The notes under the pieces were generated by a model, which saw only the letters and a program-made list of their open reading frames with translations, ran no database searches and was not told the origin of the DNA. A stretch of DNA of 64,000 nt from Deltaproteobacteria bacterium (GTDB taxonomy: Bacteria; Myxococcota_A; Polyangia; GCA-2747355; JADLHG01): positions 8,230 to 72,229 of the forward strand of contig JADLHG010000020.1 in the NCBI GenBank assembly GCA_020848905.1, in the 5' to 3' direction. Below, piece after piece: positions 33,226 to 41,729 of the stretch. Made by a program: the position numbers and the translations under genes. Position 1 is the first letter of the stretch, and each line of letters opens with the position of its first letter.

Positions 33226-34841
33226 AGCGTACCGTTCGAAGCTCCCGCTTCTCCGTGCTCCTGGCCGCGCTCGCGCTCGTGCTCGCGCCCCTCGCTCCGG
33301 CGCAGGCGGCGCCCAAGCCCACGAACCCGACCACCGTGGGCCTCTACAAGAAGGGGGCGCTCGGGCTGCTCACCGACATGTACCAGCTCACCATGGGCTT
33401 CGGCTTCTGGAAGACGGGGCACGCCGACGACGAGGTGGTCTTCAACCTCTATTTCCGCAAGAACCCTTTCAAGGGGGGCTACGCCGTCGCCGCGGGTCTC
33501 GATACGGCGATCGATCTGGTGAAGAACTTCCGCATCACCGACAAGAACGTGGCCTACCTCTCCACGCTCAAGGGGAACGACGGCCGCCCGCTCTTCGACC
33601 GCGGCTACCTCCAGACCCTGCGCACCATGCGCTTCAACTGCGACATCGACGCTGTCCCCGAGGGGACGGTGGTCTTCCCGAACGAGCCGCTCCTGCGCAT
33701 CCGGGGCCCGCTCCTGCAGGTGCAGCTCCTCGAGACCGTGCTGCTCAACATCCTCAACTTCCAGACGCTGATCGCCACCAAGGCCTCGCGCGTCGTGCAG
33801 TCCGCCAAGGGGGACCCGGTCCTCGACTTCGGCCTGCGGCGCGCGCAGGGCTTCGACGGGTCGCTCTCCGCCTCGCGCGCCTGCTACCTCGCGGGCGCGG
33901 CCGGCACCTCGAACGTCGCCGCCGGCGAGCTCTTCGGCATCCCCGTCAAGGGCACGCACGCGCACAGCTGGGTCATGTTCCATCCGACCGAGGTGGAGGC
34001 CTTCGAGAACTACTCCCGCGTGATGCCCAATAACTCGGTCTTCCTGGTCGACACCTACGACACGCTGAACGGGGTGAAGAACGCGATCACCGTGGCCAAG
34101 CGCCTGCGCAAGCGCGGGCACGAGGCCCTCGGCATTCGCCTCGATTCGGGAGACCTCGCGAAGCTGAGCAAGAAGAGCCGCACCATGCTGGACGAGGCGG
34201 GCTTCCCGCAGGCCTTCGTCTCGGCCTCGAACGACCTCGACGAGCATGAGATCGCCGCGCTCAAGAAGCGCGGGGCGAAGGTCAACGTCTGGGGTGTGGG
34301 CACGAAGATGATCACCGCCTTCGACCAGCCCGCGCTCGGCGGCGTCTACAAGCTCGCCGCCGTGCGCCGCCCCGACGGCACCTGGGAGCGCAAGATCAAG
34401 CTCTCCGAGACGCCCGAGAAGACCTCCACCCCCGGCATCCTGCAGGTGCGCCGCTTCATGAAGGACGGCAAGTTCCTCGGCGACATGATCTGGGACCTCC
34501 TGAGCCCGCCCAAGGACCAGGGCCGGATGGTGAGCTACGCCGATGCGAGCCGCGTGACCCGCTTTGCCGGCGCCACGCACCAGGACCTGCTCGTCCCCGT
34601 CTTCCGGCGGGGCAAGAACGCCGCGCGCTTCGTGATGCGGCAGCTCCCGCTCGAGCAGGAGCGCGCCTACTGCCGCACGCAGCTCGAGGCGCTCCGCCCC
34701 GGGGTGAAGCGCCTGACCAAGCCGACCCCGTACAAGGTGGGCATGGAGCTCGGCCTGAATCAGGTGCGGCAGGAGCTCATGGCCAACGCGCGGTCCACGC
34801 AGGGTGCGAGCAGCCCGCGCACGCCGCGTCGCGTGAAGTAG
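33222..34841 (+). CDS. pncB: nicotinate phosphoribosyltransferase with N-terminal signal peptide
   Basis: ORF 33222..34841. The GTG start overlaps the pncA stop (GTGA). MKRTVRSSRFSVLLAALALVLAPLAPAQA|A. LLTDMYQLTMGFGFW and VKGTHAHSWVM are NAPRTase hallmarks. Confidence 0.85.
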   Translation: MKRTVRSSRFSVLLAALALVLAPLAPAQAAPKPTNPTTVGLYKKGALGLLTDMYQLTMGFGFWKTGHADDEVVFNLYFRKNPFKGGYAVAAGLDTAIDLVKNFRITDKNVAYLSTLKGNDGRPLFDRGYLQTLRTMRFNCDIDAVPEGTVVFPNEPLLRIRGPLLQVQLLETVLLNILNFQTLIATKASRVVQSAKGDPVLDFGLRRAQGFDGSLSASRACYLAGAAGTSNVAAGELFGIPVKGTHAHSWVMFHPTEVEAFENYSRVMPNNSVFLVDTYDTLNGVKNAITVAKRLRKRGHEALGIRLDSGDLAKLSKKSRTMLDEAGFPQAFVSASNDLDEHEIAALKKRGAKVNVWGVGTKMITAFDQPALGGVYKLAAVRRPDGTWERKIKLSETPEKTSTPGILQVRRFMKDGKFLGDMIWDLLSPPKDQGRMVSYADASRVTRFAGATHQDLLVPVFRRGKNAARFVMRQLPLEQERAYCRTQLEALRPGVKRLTKPTPYKVGMELGLNQVRQELMANARSTQGASSPRTPRRVK

Positions 34842-34842
34842 T

Positions 34843-37665
34843 CTACGGCCCGCAGGTGAGCAGGAACGGCCTCTGCGCGCCGCCCATCGTTCCCATGCCG
34901 ACGATGTGCCCTTTCTTGTTGATGGCGAGGGCACGGACGAGGGACCAGCCCGCGCCGGCGGGGAGCAGGCCGTTGAGGTCTTCGAGCTTTCCGTCCTTCC
35001 AGCGTACGGCCCGCTTCACCGATTCTCCGACGATCACCCCCGCGTCGTTGACGCCGTGGGCAATGCTGATGTCACCGCCGGGGAGCACCGTCATGCCGCC
35101 GCCCGACCAAGAGGCTGCACGTCCCTCCCCGGAGAAGTTGCTCACGACGCCCACGACGAGCCCTGACGCGTTGATGCCGTTGGCGCTGCTGAGCCTCCAG
35201 TCTCCAGATCCCGCACCCAGATCCTGAACCCCTCCGCCGCTGAAGAGGCACGCGTGCGCGTCGGGGCCGACACCGGGCGCCGCCGGCAGATTGGCCTGTC
35301 CCACCACCTGATCCGCCTCGTTCAGCGCGTGGCCCTGGCTGTTGTCGCTGAGCGTGCCCAGGTCCGTGACGCTGCCGCCGGTCCAGAGAACGGCGTGCGA
35401 GAAGCCCGTGCTCAGCGCGGCCCGGCCGGCTACATGGCCCGCTTGGTTGATGGCGTAGGCCACGGCCACGTTTCCGCCGAGCGTCCCGAGGTCCTGCATC
35501 GCCCCGTTGTGCCATATGAACGCGCGCTGCGTTCCGCTGCTCGACGTCGACGTACCCACCACGTCCTTGGCGTCGTTGATGCCTAGGGCTCGGCTGGTCG
35601 ATCCACCGAGGGTGCCCAGGTCCCGCATCGTGCCGTTGTCCCAGAGGAAGGCGTGCTCGTTACTCCCGCTGCTCGCGTAGCACCAGCCGGCGACCTGTCC
35701 GGTGTTGTTGAGCGCCTGGGCGGTGCAATCCCCGCCGAGCGTGCCCAGGTCCTTGATCACGCACGAGGAGCCCTTGCCGAGCTCGAGCGCCAGGTTGTCG
35801 AAGGGCAGGAGCCGCGTCATGACGAAGGCCGAGAAGTCGCTCGTCTGCCCGACGTCGGTCGCGGTGAACGGGAGGGCGAAGCTCGTCTGCCCCGCCGTGG
35901 CGGTCGCGCGGCCCGCCTCGACGAAGGAGGAGGTGCCGACCTTGCGCACCAGGATGATGTCCTTCACGTTGTAAGGCCCCACCGTGGGCGGAAACGTGAC
36001 CGTCGCGGGGTCGAGCTCGACGGTGAAGGTGACCTTGTCTCCGGCGACGAAGCTGCCCCGATCGGCGGTCAGCGTGCCCTTGGGAGACTCCGCGAGCGGC
36101 CTCGACGACTGGAGCTCGAGGATCGTGATGTCCGTGATGCCGAACTGGCCGAGCATCTTGGGCAGGTCCACGCCCACGCTCCCCTTGCTCACCAGGGACA
36201 GTTTGTAGGACGACGCGTAGGCGGGGTCCGCGAGCTGGTCGCCCCACGGCGCGAAGCTGCCCTCGAGCGTCGGCCCGTAGCGCAGGGAGAACGGGGTAAG
36301 GCGCAGCCGCTTGAAGATCGGGTTGCCGAGGCCGACCTTGGCCAGACCGAACACGGCGAAGCTGGCATCTACCCGCAGGTCGTTGGTCGTGGGTTTCTTC
36401 CAGACCGGCTCGGCGCTGGCGCTCGCCGTCAGGCTGCGTACGAACTCGCAGTTGGTTCCTTTCGGACAGGCGACGCCGAGCTCCGCCTGCGCCTTGGCCT
36501 CCGCCTTGGCGCCCACGACCAGGTTCGTCAGCGCCACCTTGCCGCCGAGCTCGACGCCGACGCTGAGGGGGATCACCACGGACACCACCCAGGAGAGCGC
36601 CCCCGCGATGGGAATGCGGAGCTCGAAGAACTCCCGCGTGCACGACACGGTGCCCTGAAAGCCGAGCGCCACGGTGAGGCTGCCGTCCAAGGTCGCGCCG
36701 AGGTCTCCCTTGGCGACCAGCCGTTCGAGGCCCACGCCGGAGGTGTAGACGAAGTCGAGGCTGAGGTTGCGGTTGATGCTGACCGCGGGGGCCGTGCCGA
36801 GCGTGACCGGCCACTGGCTCACCCCCGTGGCGTCGAGCTCGCACTCGTCGAAGGGCGGCATCTTGAAGGAGAGCTTCGTGGCCTGCCGCTCGCCGGTCGC
36901 CCCGCTCGAGGCGGCGTCCGCCTTGGGCCGAGGCTTGAAGCGGATCGTGGACCCCTCGCGCGTGATCTCGTAGGCGTCCTTGAGGTCCGAGGCGATCTCG
37001 GGCTCGACGGTCGAGAGGTCGAAGACCTCCTTGATGCTCAGGTGAGGCAGGAGCTCCTTGACGGGCACGACCGCGAGCGTGACTCGCACCTGGTCGCCGT
37101 CCCGCTGCGCGGAGACGACCTTGCCGCCGACGGGCTTGGCCTCGAGACCGATCACCAGAGTGCCCGGCGGCGGCGCGTCCACGCCGGCGAGTACGACCTC
37201 GTAGGTGGCGCCGGTCACGGGTGCGGCGCTGGGGTCGATCGCCCTCGGGTCCCCGACGAGCTGGGCGTCCGTCACCGCGAGCGCGCCCGGGGGCAACGCC
37301 GTGACGGCCACCAGGAGCGGCGGGGAGGTCACGCCCTGGGCCTCGGCGACGAGCTGACTCGCGCCGTTCTGCACCTGGGCCGTGATCATTCCCTGCCCGT
37401 CGACGGCGATGCTGGCCGGTGTGGTCGAGCGCCACGAGATGGGCGGCGCGGCCACAACGCGACCTTCGGCGTCGTACGCGTTCACCGCGAGCTGTCGCTT
37501 CGCCCCCGCGGCCGTGAGGAGCAGCCCCTTAGGGACGATCTCGAGGCGCGCGACCGGACCCGCGGGTCCCGTCGAAGCGTCCTTGCAGCCGACGAGCCCG
37601 GCGACAAGCCCGAGCGAAGACAGGTTGACTACGACCCACCACTGCCACGTCCCCCGGATGCGCAT
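34843..37665 (-). CDS. large lipoprotein with Big_2-like Ig domain and C-terminal HAF-family extracellular repeats
   Basis: ORF 34843..37665. Lipobox LVAGLVGC|K. LEIVPKGLLLTAAGAKRQLAVNAYDAEG is Big_2-like. The C-terminal repeats are HAFLWDNGTMRDLGTLGG, RAFIWHNGAMQDLGTLGG and HAVLWTGGSVTDLGTL. Confidence 0.75.
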   Translation of the reverse strand: MRIRGTWQWWVVVNLSSLGLVAGLVGCKDASTGPAGPVARLEIVPKGLLLTAAGAKRQLAVNAYDAEGRVVAAPPISWRSTTPASIAVDGQGMITAQVQNGASQLVAEAQGVTSPPLLVAVTALPPGALAVTDAQLVGDPRAIDPSAAPVTGATYEVVLAGVDAPPPGTLVIGLEAKPVGGKVVSAQRDGDQVRVTLAVVPVKELLPHLSIKEVFDLSTVEPEIASDLKDAYEITREGSTIRFKPRPKADAASSGATGERQATKLSFKMPPFDECELDATGVSQWPVTLGTAPAVSINRNLSLDFVYTSGVGLERLVAKGDLGATLDGSLTVALGFQGTVSCTREFFELRIPIAGALSWVVSVVIPLSVGVELGGKVALTNLVVGAKAEAKAQAELGVACPKGTNCEFVRSLTASASAEPVWKKPTTNDLRVDASFAVFGLAKVGLGNPIFKRLRLTPFSLRYGPTLEGSFAPWGDQLADPAYASSYKLSLVSKGSVGVDLPKMLGQFGITDITILELQSSRPLAESPKGTLTADRGSFVAGDKVTFTVELDPATVTFPPTVGPYNVKDIILVRKVGTSSFVEAGRATATAGQTSFALPFTATDVGQTSDFSAFVMTRLLPFDNLALELGKGSSCVIKDLGTLGGDCTAQALNNTGQVAGWCYASSGSNEHAFLWDNGTMRDLGTLGGSTSRALGINDAKDVVGTSTSSSGTQRAFIWHNGAMQDLGTLGGNVAVAYAINQAGHVAGRAALSTGFSHAVLWTGGSVTDLGTLSDNSQGHALNEADQVVGQANLPAAPGVGPDAHACLFSGGGVQDLGAGSGDWRLSSANGINASGLVVGVVSNFSGEGRAASWSGGGMTVLPGGDISIAHGVNDAGVIVGESVKRAVRWKDGKLEDLNGLLPAGAGWSLVRALAINKKGHIVGMGTMGGAQRPFLLTCGP

Positions 37666-37696
37666 CCGGCAAAGGTCGTATACCGTGCGGGACGGG

Positions 37697-38038
37697 TCAA
37701 GGGGCGATGAAGGCGTCCTGACCCGGGGACGACACCCCTCCGTCGCCCGGCTTCCCCTTGGGCTTCGACCCCGGCGGCACGTGCGGGTCCTTCTGGCTCC
37801 CCGGATTCACGCGGGAGTCCGGGGCCGGCGGCGGCGGGCTCGACGGGATCGTCCCCGGGGAGGACGGGTCGGTGGCCGGGTCGGTCGCTACGCCTGCCTC
37901 GCACGGGGCTTCCGGCGTGCATTCCACGACGCGGGTGCGGCTCCCGCGCGGCGCCGGGTCGGGCAGGTCCCCGGCGCACCCACCCGTCGAGACTCCCAAA
38001 GCGAGCGCGGCAATACGGAACCAGGAGGAAAAGACCAT
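37697..38038 (-). CDS. small Pro-rich lipoprotein (hypothetical)
   Basis: ATG at 38038 in ORF 37697..38248 gives MVFSSWFRIAALALGVSTGGC|A with a lipobox. The remainder is Pro/Gly/Ser-rich. The call is tentative because high GC inflates ORFs. Confidence 0.45.
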   Translation of the reverse strand: MVFSSWFRIAALALGVSTGGCAGDLPDPAPRGSRTRVVECTPEAPCEAGVATDPATDPSSPGTIPSSPPPPAPDSRVNPGSQKDPHVPPGSKPKGKPGDGGVSSPGQDAFIAP

Positions 38039-38180
38039 GCGGCGCCATGGAGGTGCAAACCATGTGCCCCCGGCCCTCGGCAGCTCGGAGCTCGCGATCC
38101 CGATAGGTTGGCGTTCACCTTCCCGTCGACCGGCACCCCCGCGTCGCGCCACGGGCGGCGCCTGCGCGCCGGATCTGGCG

Positions 38181-38220
38181 TGACGGGGGCTGGCGGGGGC
38201 TGGCGGGGGCTGGCGGGGGC
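38181..38220 (+). repeat. 10-nt tandem repeat (TGGCGGGGGC x3 perfect + 1 imperfect) forming a canonical G-quadruplex motif
   Basis: TGACGGGGGC TGGCGGGGGC TGGCGGGGGC TGGCGGGGGC gives four G5 tracts separated by CTGGC loops. It lies in the divergent intergenic region, 91-130 nt upstream of the OmpA-like gene start at 38311. Confidence 0.85.
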
Positions 38221-38310
38221 TTCGCAGAGCCGCTGGGCGGCGCGACACGCACTACCCCGACGCGCGCGCTCGGCGTATGCTCCGCGCGCCTTAGCCAAAG
38301 GAGCCCTAGC

Positions 38311-39102
38311 ATGTCCCGTCGCACATCTATCTCGTTTCTTCCCGTGCTCGCTGCAGCGCTCGCCGTGGGCTGCGGCATCCCCGAGGAGGAGCACAACAAG
38401 ACGCTCGATCAGCTCAAGAACCTGCGAGCCAACCTGGCCGCCGAGCAGAAGTCCTGCGCCGAGGCCAAGAGCGAGCTCGAGACGAAGCACAAGAAGCTGG
38501 ACGAGCAGGCGCGGAAGATGCGCGCCAAGCTCATCTCGCTCGGGCAGGACCTCACGGCCAGCGGGGTGGCGATCACGCAGAAGGAGCAGCAGATCGCCGA
38601 GCTCCTCAAGGCGCAGGAGCAGGCCAAGCAGCGCGCTGCCTTCTACGCCGGCCTCGTGGCCAAGTTCAAGCAGATGATCGACTCGGGCAAGCTCAAGGTG
38701 GAGGTGCGCTCGGGCAAGATGATCGTGAAGATGAGCGACCAGATCCTCTTCGACCCGGGCAAGGCCAAGCTGAAGAAGGAGGGCTCCGTCGCGCTGCTCG
38801 AGGTCGCGCGCATCCTGGGCACGATCCCCGATCGCGCGTTCCAGGTGGCCGGCCACACCGACAACGTGCCGATCAAGACGGCGCAGTTCGCCTCGAACTG
38901 GGAGCTCTCCACCGCGCGCGCCGCGAACGTGGTCAAGTTCATGTCCGACAACGGGCTCGACCCGAAGCGCCTCTCCGCGGCGGGCTACGCCGAGCACGAC
39001 CCGGTGGCGGGCAACGACACGCCGGCGGGGCGGCAGCTCAATCGCCGCATCGAGATCACGCTCATGCCGAACCTGGACGAGCTGCCCAAGATCGGGGAGT
39101 AG
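38311..39102 (+). CDS. OmpA/MotB-family peptidoglycan-binding lipoprotein with coiled-coil
   Basis: ORF 38311..39102. Lipobox ALAVGC|G. A Lys/Glu/Gln coiled coil is followed by an OmpA_C-type domain (ILFDPGKAKLKKEG, FQVAGHTDNVPI, NWELSTARAANVV, NRRIEITL). Confidence 0.85.
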   Translation: MSRRTSISFLPVLAAALAVGCGIPEEEHNKTLDQLKNLRANLAAEQKSCAEAKSELETKHKKLDEQARKMRAKLISLGQDLTASGVAITQKEQQIAELLKAQEQAKQRAAFYAGLVAKFKQMIDSGKLKVEVRSGKMIVKMSDQILFDPGKAKLKKEGSVALLEVARILGTIPDRAFQVAGHTDNVPIKTAQFASNWELSTARAANVVKFMSDNGLDPKRLSAAGYAEHDPVAGNDTPAGRQLNRRIEITLMPNLDELPKIGE

Positions 39103-39147
39103 CTCGGTGCGCGCCGCTCGGTCGTCGGTGGTGCCACGACACCGGAG

Positions 39148-39561
39148 CTAGAACCGAGAATGGGGGCGGCTGGCGACGATCCAGCCGATGCGGGCGGCGG
39201 CGATAGATGCCATGAGGAACGTGATGCCTCCGAAGAGGTACAGCTCGCCGGTAGTGCTAGCCTCGTAGGCGTGCTTCGTCGCGCTGGCGAACAACCACCC
39301 GTACGCTCCCACTCCGATCGTCTTCAGCCACCACGGCGTCTGCGCCGTCGTGCCGAGCCGAGCCGGCCGGCTCTCGGCGCGGCCGAGGGCGCCCGTCGCG
39401 AGACGTCCCACGAACTGCTGACCGCGCTGCACGAGGCCCGACACGATCGGCGTCGGCCCGCCCCGCTGTTGCCCCTTGATCGCGTACGCGGGCGGCGCGA
39501 GAAACCCACCGATGAGCAGCGCGCAAACGGCCGCGGAACCGACGGACGCCGAACGAGTCAT
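39148..39561 (-). CDS. small hydrophobic membrane/secreted protein, paralogue A
   Basis: ATG at 39561 in ORF 39148..39942. MTRSASVGSAAVCALLIGGFLAPPAYA|IKG. C-terminal hydrophobic helices. Paralogous to 41008..41388. Confidence 0.55.
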   Translation of the reverse strand: MTRSASVGSAAVCALLIGGFLAPPAYAIKGQQRGGPTPIVSGLVQRGQQFVGRLATGALGRAESRPARLGTTAQTPWWLKTIGVGAYGWLFASATKHAYEASTTGELYLFGGITFLMASIAAARIGWIVASRPHSRF

Positions 39562-39760
39562 GACCAACCTCCAGGGTCTGACGGGTGAGCTGCAAACCGG
39601 GTAACCACTGTCCCTGATGCAACGGGCGATCCAGAGCCACGAGGGGCTCGGGAGCCCGCGCTTGCGCGGTGTTGGCCCTGGTGGTGCGCCTCGAGGTGGC
39701 GGGCCGCCCCGCCGGCTGCTGGCTACCCGTCTCGTCGATCGGTCGTGCTCGCGCGCTCGA
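39148..39760 (-). repeat. duplicated module copy A (small membrane protein gene + ~190-nt conserved leader)
   Basis: Aligns by eye with 41008..41600. It includes the identical stretch GAGTCATGACCAACCTCCAGGGTCTGACGGGTG around the start codon and SD. Further blocks (TCCAGAG.CACGAGG, GCGCCTCGAGGTGG, GCTGGCTACC) are shared upstream. Confidence 0.7.
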
Positions 39761-39898
39761 GAGCGCGGGCGGCTTCCGGCGGCCATCCAGGCCACGGCCA
39801 ACATCTGATGGCATTCATGCGTTCTCACGGCCTTGCGCGGGCCGGAGGCTGGCCCCGGGCTTGCTATAGGTCCTCCGTACAGACCTCGGAGAACGATC

Positions 39899-40450
39899 AT
39901 GGTACGGACGCTCGTCCTCGGCGCCGCGTGTGCGCTCTTCATCAGCTCGTCGGCGCTCGCGGCCGAGACGAGCTCCTCGCCGCGGCGTTACACCGTGTTT
40001 TCCGTGCTGCGCGGCTTCACGCGCCTGCCGCGCCATCTCCCCGGGCCGGTGAAGGTGGCCGCGCGCTGGGGGACGGGTCTGCTGGCCTATAGCTATCTCA
40101 CCGCGCAGGGCGTCCATCCCGCCGTGGCAGGAGGCGGCTCGTATCTCGCGGGCGAGGTGGTCCATCAGCTGACGAAGAAGGCCCCGCGCTCTTCCACGGC
40201 GCATGCTGGGCACGAGCTCGCCGCGGTGGGGATCGCGACCCTCTTCACGGGGGCGCTCTCCGGCCTCATCGATGCAGTGGGGAGCCTCGGCTCGGGAGGC
40301 GATCCGATGGTCATGCTGCAGTCCAGCACGGCCTTCGTCTCCGGCCTCGTCTCGAAGTTCATCGCCAAGGCGTATATCGACTACCACCTCGGTCCGAAGG
40401 GGGCGGAGCGTCGGGCCGAGAGAGCGCGGAAGCGCCGCTTCGGCATCTGA
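39899..40450 (+). CDS. hypothetical secreted/membrane protein
   Basis: ATG at 39899 in ORF 39833..40450. Signal MVRTLVLGAACALFISSSALA|AE. Gly/Ala-rich hydrophobic segments and a basic tail (RRAERARKRRFGI). Confidence 0.5.
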   Translation: MVRTLVLGAACALFISSSALAAETSSSPRRYTVFSVLRGFTRLPRHLPGPVKVAARWGTGLLAYSYLTAQGVHPAVAGGGSYLAGEVVHQLTKKAPRSSTAHAGHELAAVGIATLFTGALSGLIDAVGSLGSGGDPMVMLQSSTAFVSGLVSKFIAKAYIDYHLGPKGAERRAERARKRRFGI

Positions 40451-40466
40451 CGGTCAGGAGGGGGCG

Positions 40467-40829
40467 CTACCGACGGCCCCCGGTCCAGAAGCTGCTCCAG
40501 GCCTGCATCGCCGCGATGGACCACTGCACGTTGGCCACGTACATGGCGGCGTAGCTCTGCGCCAGATCCCCGAGCCCGCCGAAGTGCACCGTGTTCTCGT
40601 TCACGTTCACGTTGCTCCCCACGATGACCGCACCTCGCAGGGTGCTCGGTGCGCCGAGCCGCCGGTTCTGCGGCCGCTGCCCGAAGGTGACGTGGTTGCG
40701 GTTCACGTTGAGATTCGCGCCCACGACGGTGATCCCGAGCTGGGCCTTCTTGCCTTCGTTGGCGTGCGCCACCGCCGGTCCGACGGTGAACCCAAGACCA
40801 ACGAGCAGAACGAGAAAGTGTCTTCGCAT
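40467..40829 (-). CDS. small secreted protein with internal duplicated VG-N-NVN-N-V-FG repeat
   Basis: ORF 40467..40829. Signal MRRHFLVLLVGLGFTVGPAVAHA|NE. Internal repeat ITVVGANLNVNRNHVTFG / AVIVGSNVNVNENTVHFG. Confidence 0.5.
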   Translation of the reverse strand: MRRHFLVLLVGLGFTVGPAVAHANEGKKAQLGITVVGANLNVNRNHVTFGQRPQNRRLGAPSTLRGAVIVGSNVNVNENTVHFGGLGDLAQSYAAMYVANVQWSIAAMQAWSSFWTGGRR

Positions 40830-40960
40830 GACAGAGCGTGCCTCCCGGAGGTTCCTGGCCCCCGGAGGGGCAAGGCCCGCGCCAGTACCGCGTTGCGTAA
40901 TTTCGACGACTTAGGGAGGGACGGGTCTCCGAAGGTCTACGCCTTCGACCCGTGATGCGC

Positions 40961-41003
40961 GCGATCTCGGACCGCGATCTCGGACGGACCGCGATCTCGG
41001 ACC
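40961..41003. repeat. three copies of a 13-nt unit GCGATCTCGGACC (each with GATC)
   Basis: Copies at 40961-40973, 40974-40985 and 40991-41003. They lie immediately downstream of the stop at 41008 and 130-175 nt upstream of the start at 40829 on the - strand. Confidence 0.75.
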
Positions 41004-41007
41004 GCGC

Positions 41008-41388
41008 CTAATGCCGGAGCTTCGAGGCGAGGTAGGCGAAGAGGACGCCCGACCCGAAGAGACCGGAGAAGATCATCCCGCCGTCATGGAGCACGAGCCC
41101 GTTCTTCAGGGTGCTCCCCGCGAGCCAAGCCCAAAGACCCATCCCGGCGATCTTGAGGAGCGGGTGCACCTGCGCCGTCGTGCCGAGGCGGGCCGACCTG
41201 CTCTCGGCCCCCGCGAGGGACCGCATCGCGAGGCGGTCGACCGCCTGGCGCCCGCGCTGCGCGAGGCTCCCGACCATCTGGGTGATGCCCCCCTTCGTCC
41301 CGCCCAGCGCGTAGGCGGGGGGTGCGAGGAAGCAGCCGATGAGCAGGGCGCACACGGCCACGGAACCGAGAGACGACGGACGAGTCAT
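41008..41388 (-). CDS. small hydrophobic membrane/secreted protein, paralogue B
   Basis: ORF 41008..41394 with the likely ATG at 41388. MTRPSSLGSVAVCALLIGCFLAPPAYA|LGG. Shared SRSARLGTTAQ block and hydrophobic C-terminus. Confidence 0.55.
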   Translation of the reverse strand: MTRPSSLGSVAVCALLIGCFLAPPAYALGGTKGGITQMVGSLAQRGRQAVDRLAMRSLAGAESRSARLGTTAQVHPLLKIAGMGLWAWLAGSTLKNGLVLHDGGMIFSGLFGSGVLFAYLASKLRH

Positions 41389-41600
41389 GACCAACCTCCA
41401 GGGTCTGACGGGTGGAACACAAGGTCGTTAGCGACCGCCTCCTGTGCAACTGGCATTCCAGAGACACGAGGGTCGCGGGATCTCGCGCTGGCGCGGAGTT
41501 GGCTGTTGCGGCGCGCCTCGAGGTGGCCGCCAGCCATGCTGGCAGCTGGCTACCGGCGTCGGGGATCGACCGCCGTCGGACGACGGCCGGGCCGGATCTC
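41008..41600 (-). repeat. duplicated module copy B (small membrane protein gene + conserved leader)
   Basis: See copy A. Shared coding similarity and shared upstream non-coding blocks. Confidence 0.7.
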
Positions 41601-41729
41601 TTGCGATACGCTTCTCGTAGCGGCTACCCGAGCCACCCTGCCCGATCCCCCTCGCGTGCTGCATCAAAGGCTTGGGCCTGGCGTGAGGGTTGCACCCGGC
41701 CCGCGCGAACCTCAGAAAGGACGTGAGCG

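Noticed and set aside
38181-41003. Short tandem repeats (38181-38220 and 40961-41003) considered as a possible CRISPR array
   Set aside because: The units are only 10-13 nt and directly adjacent without spacers. No cas genes were recognised. They are simple tandem repeats.
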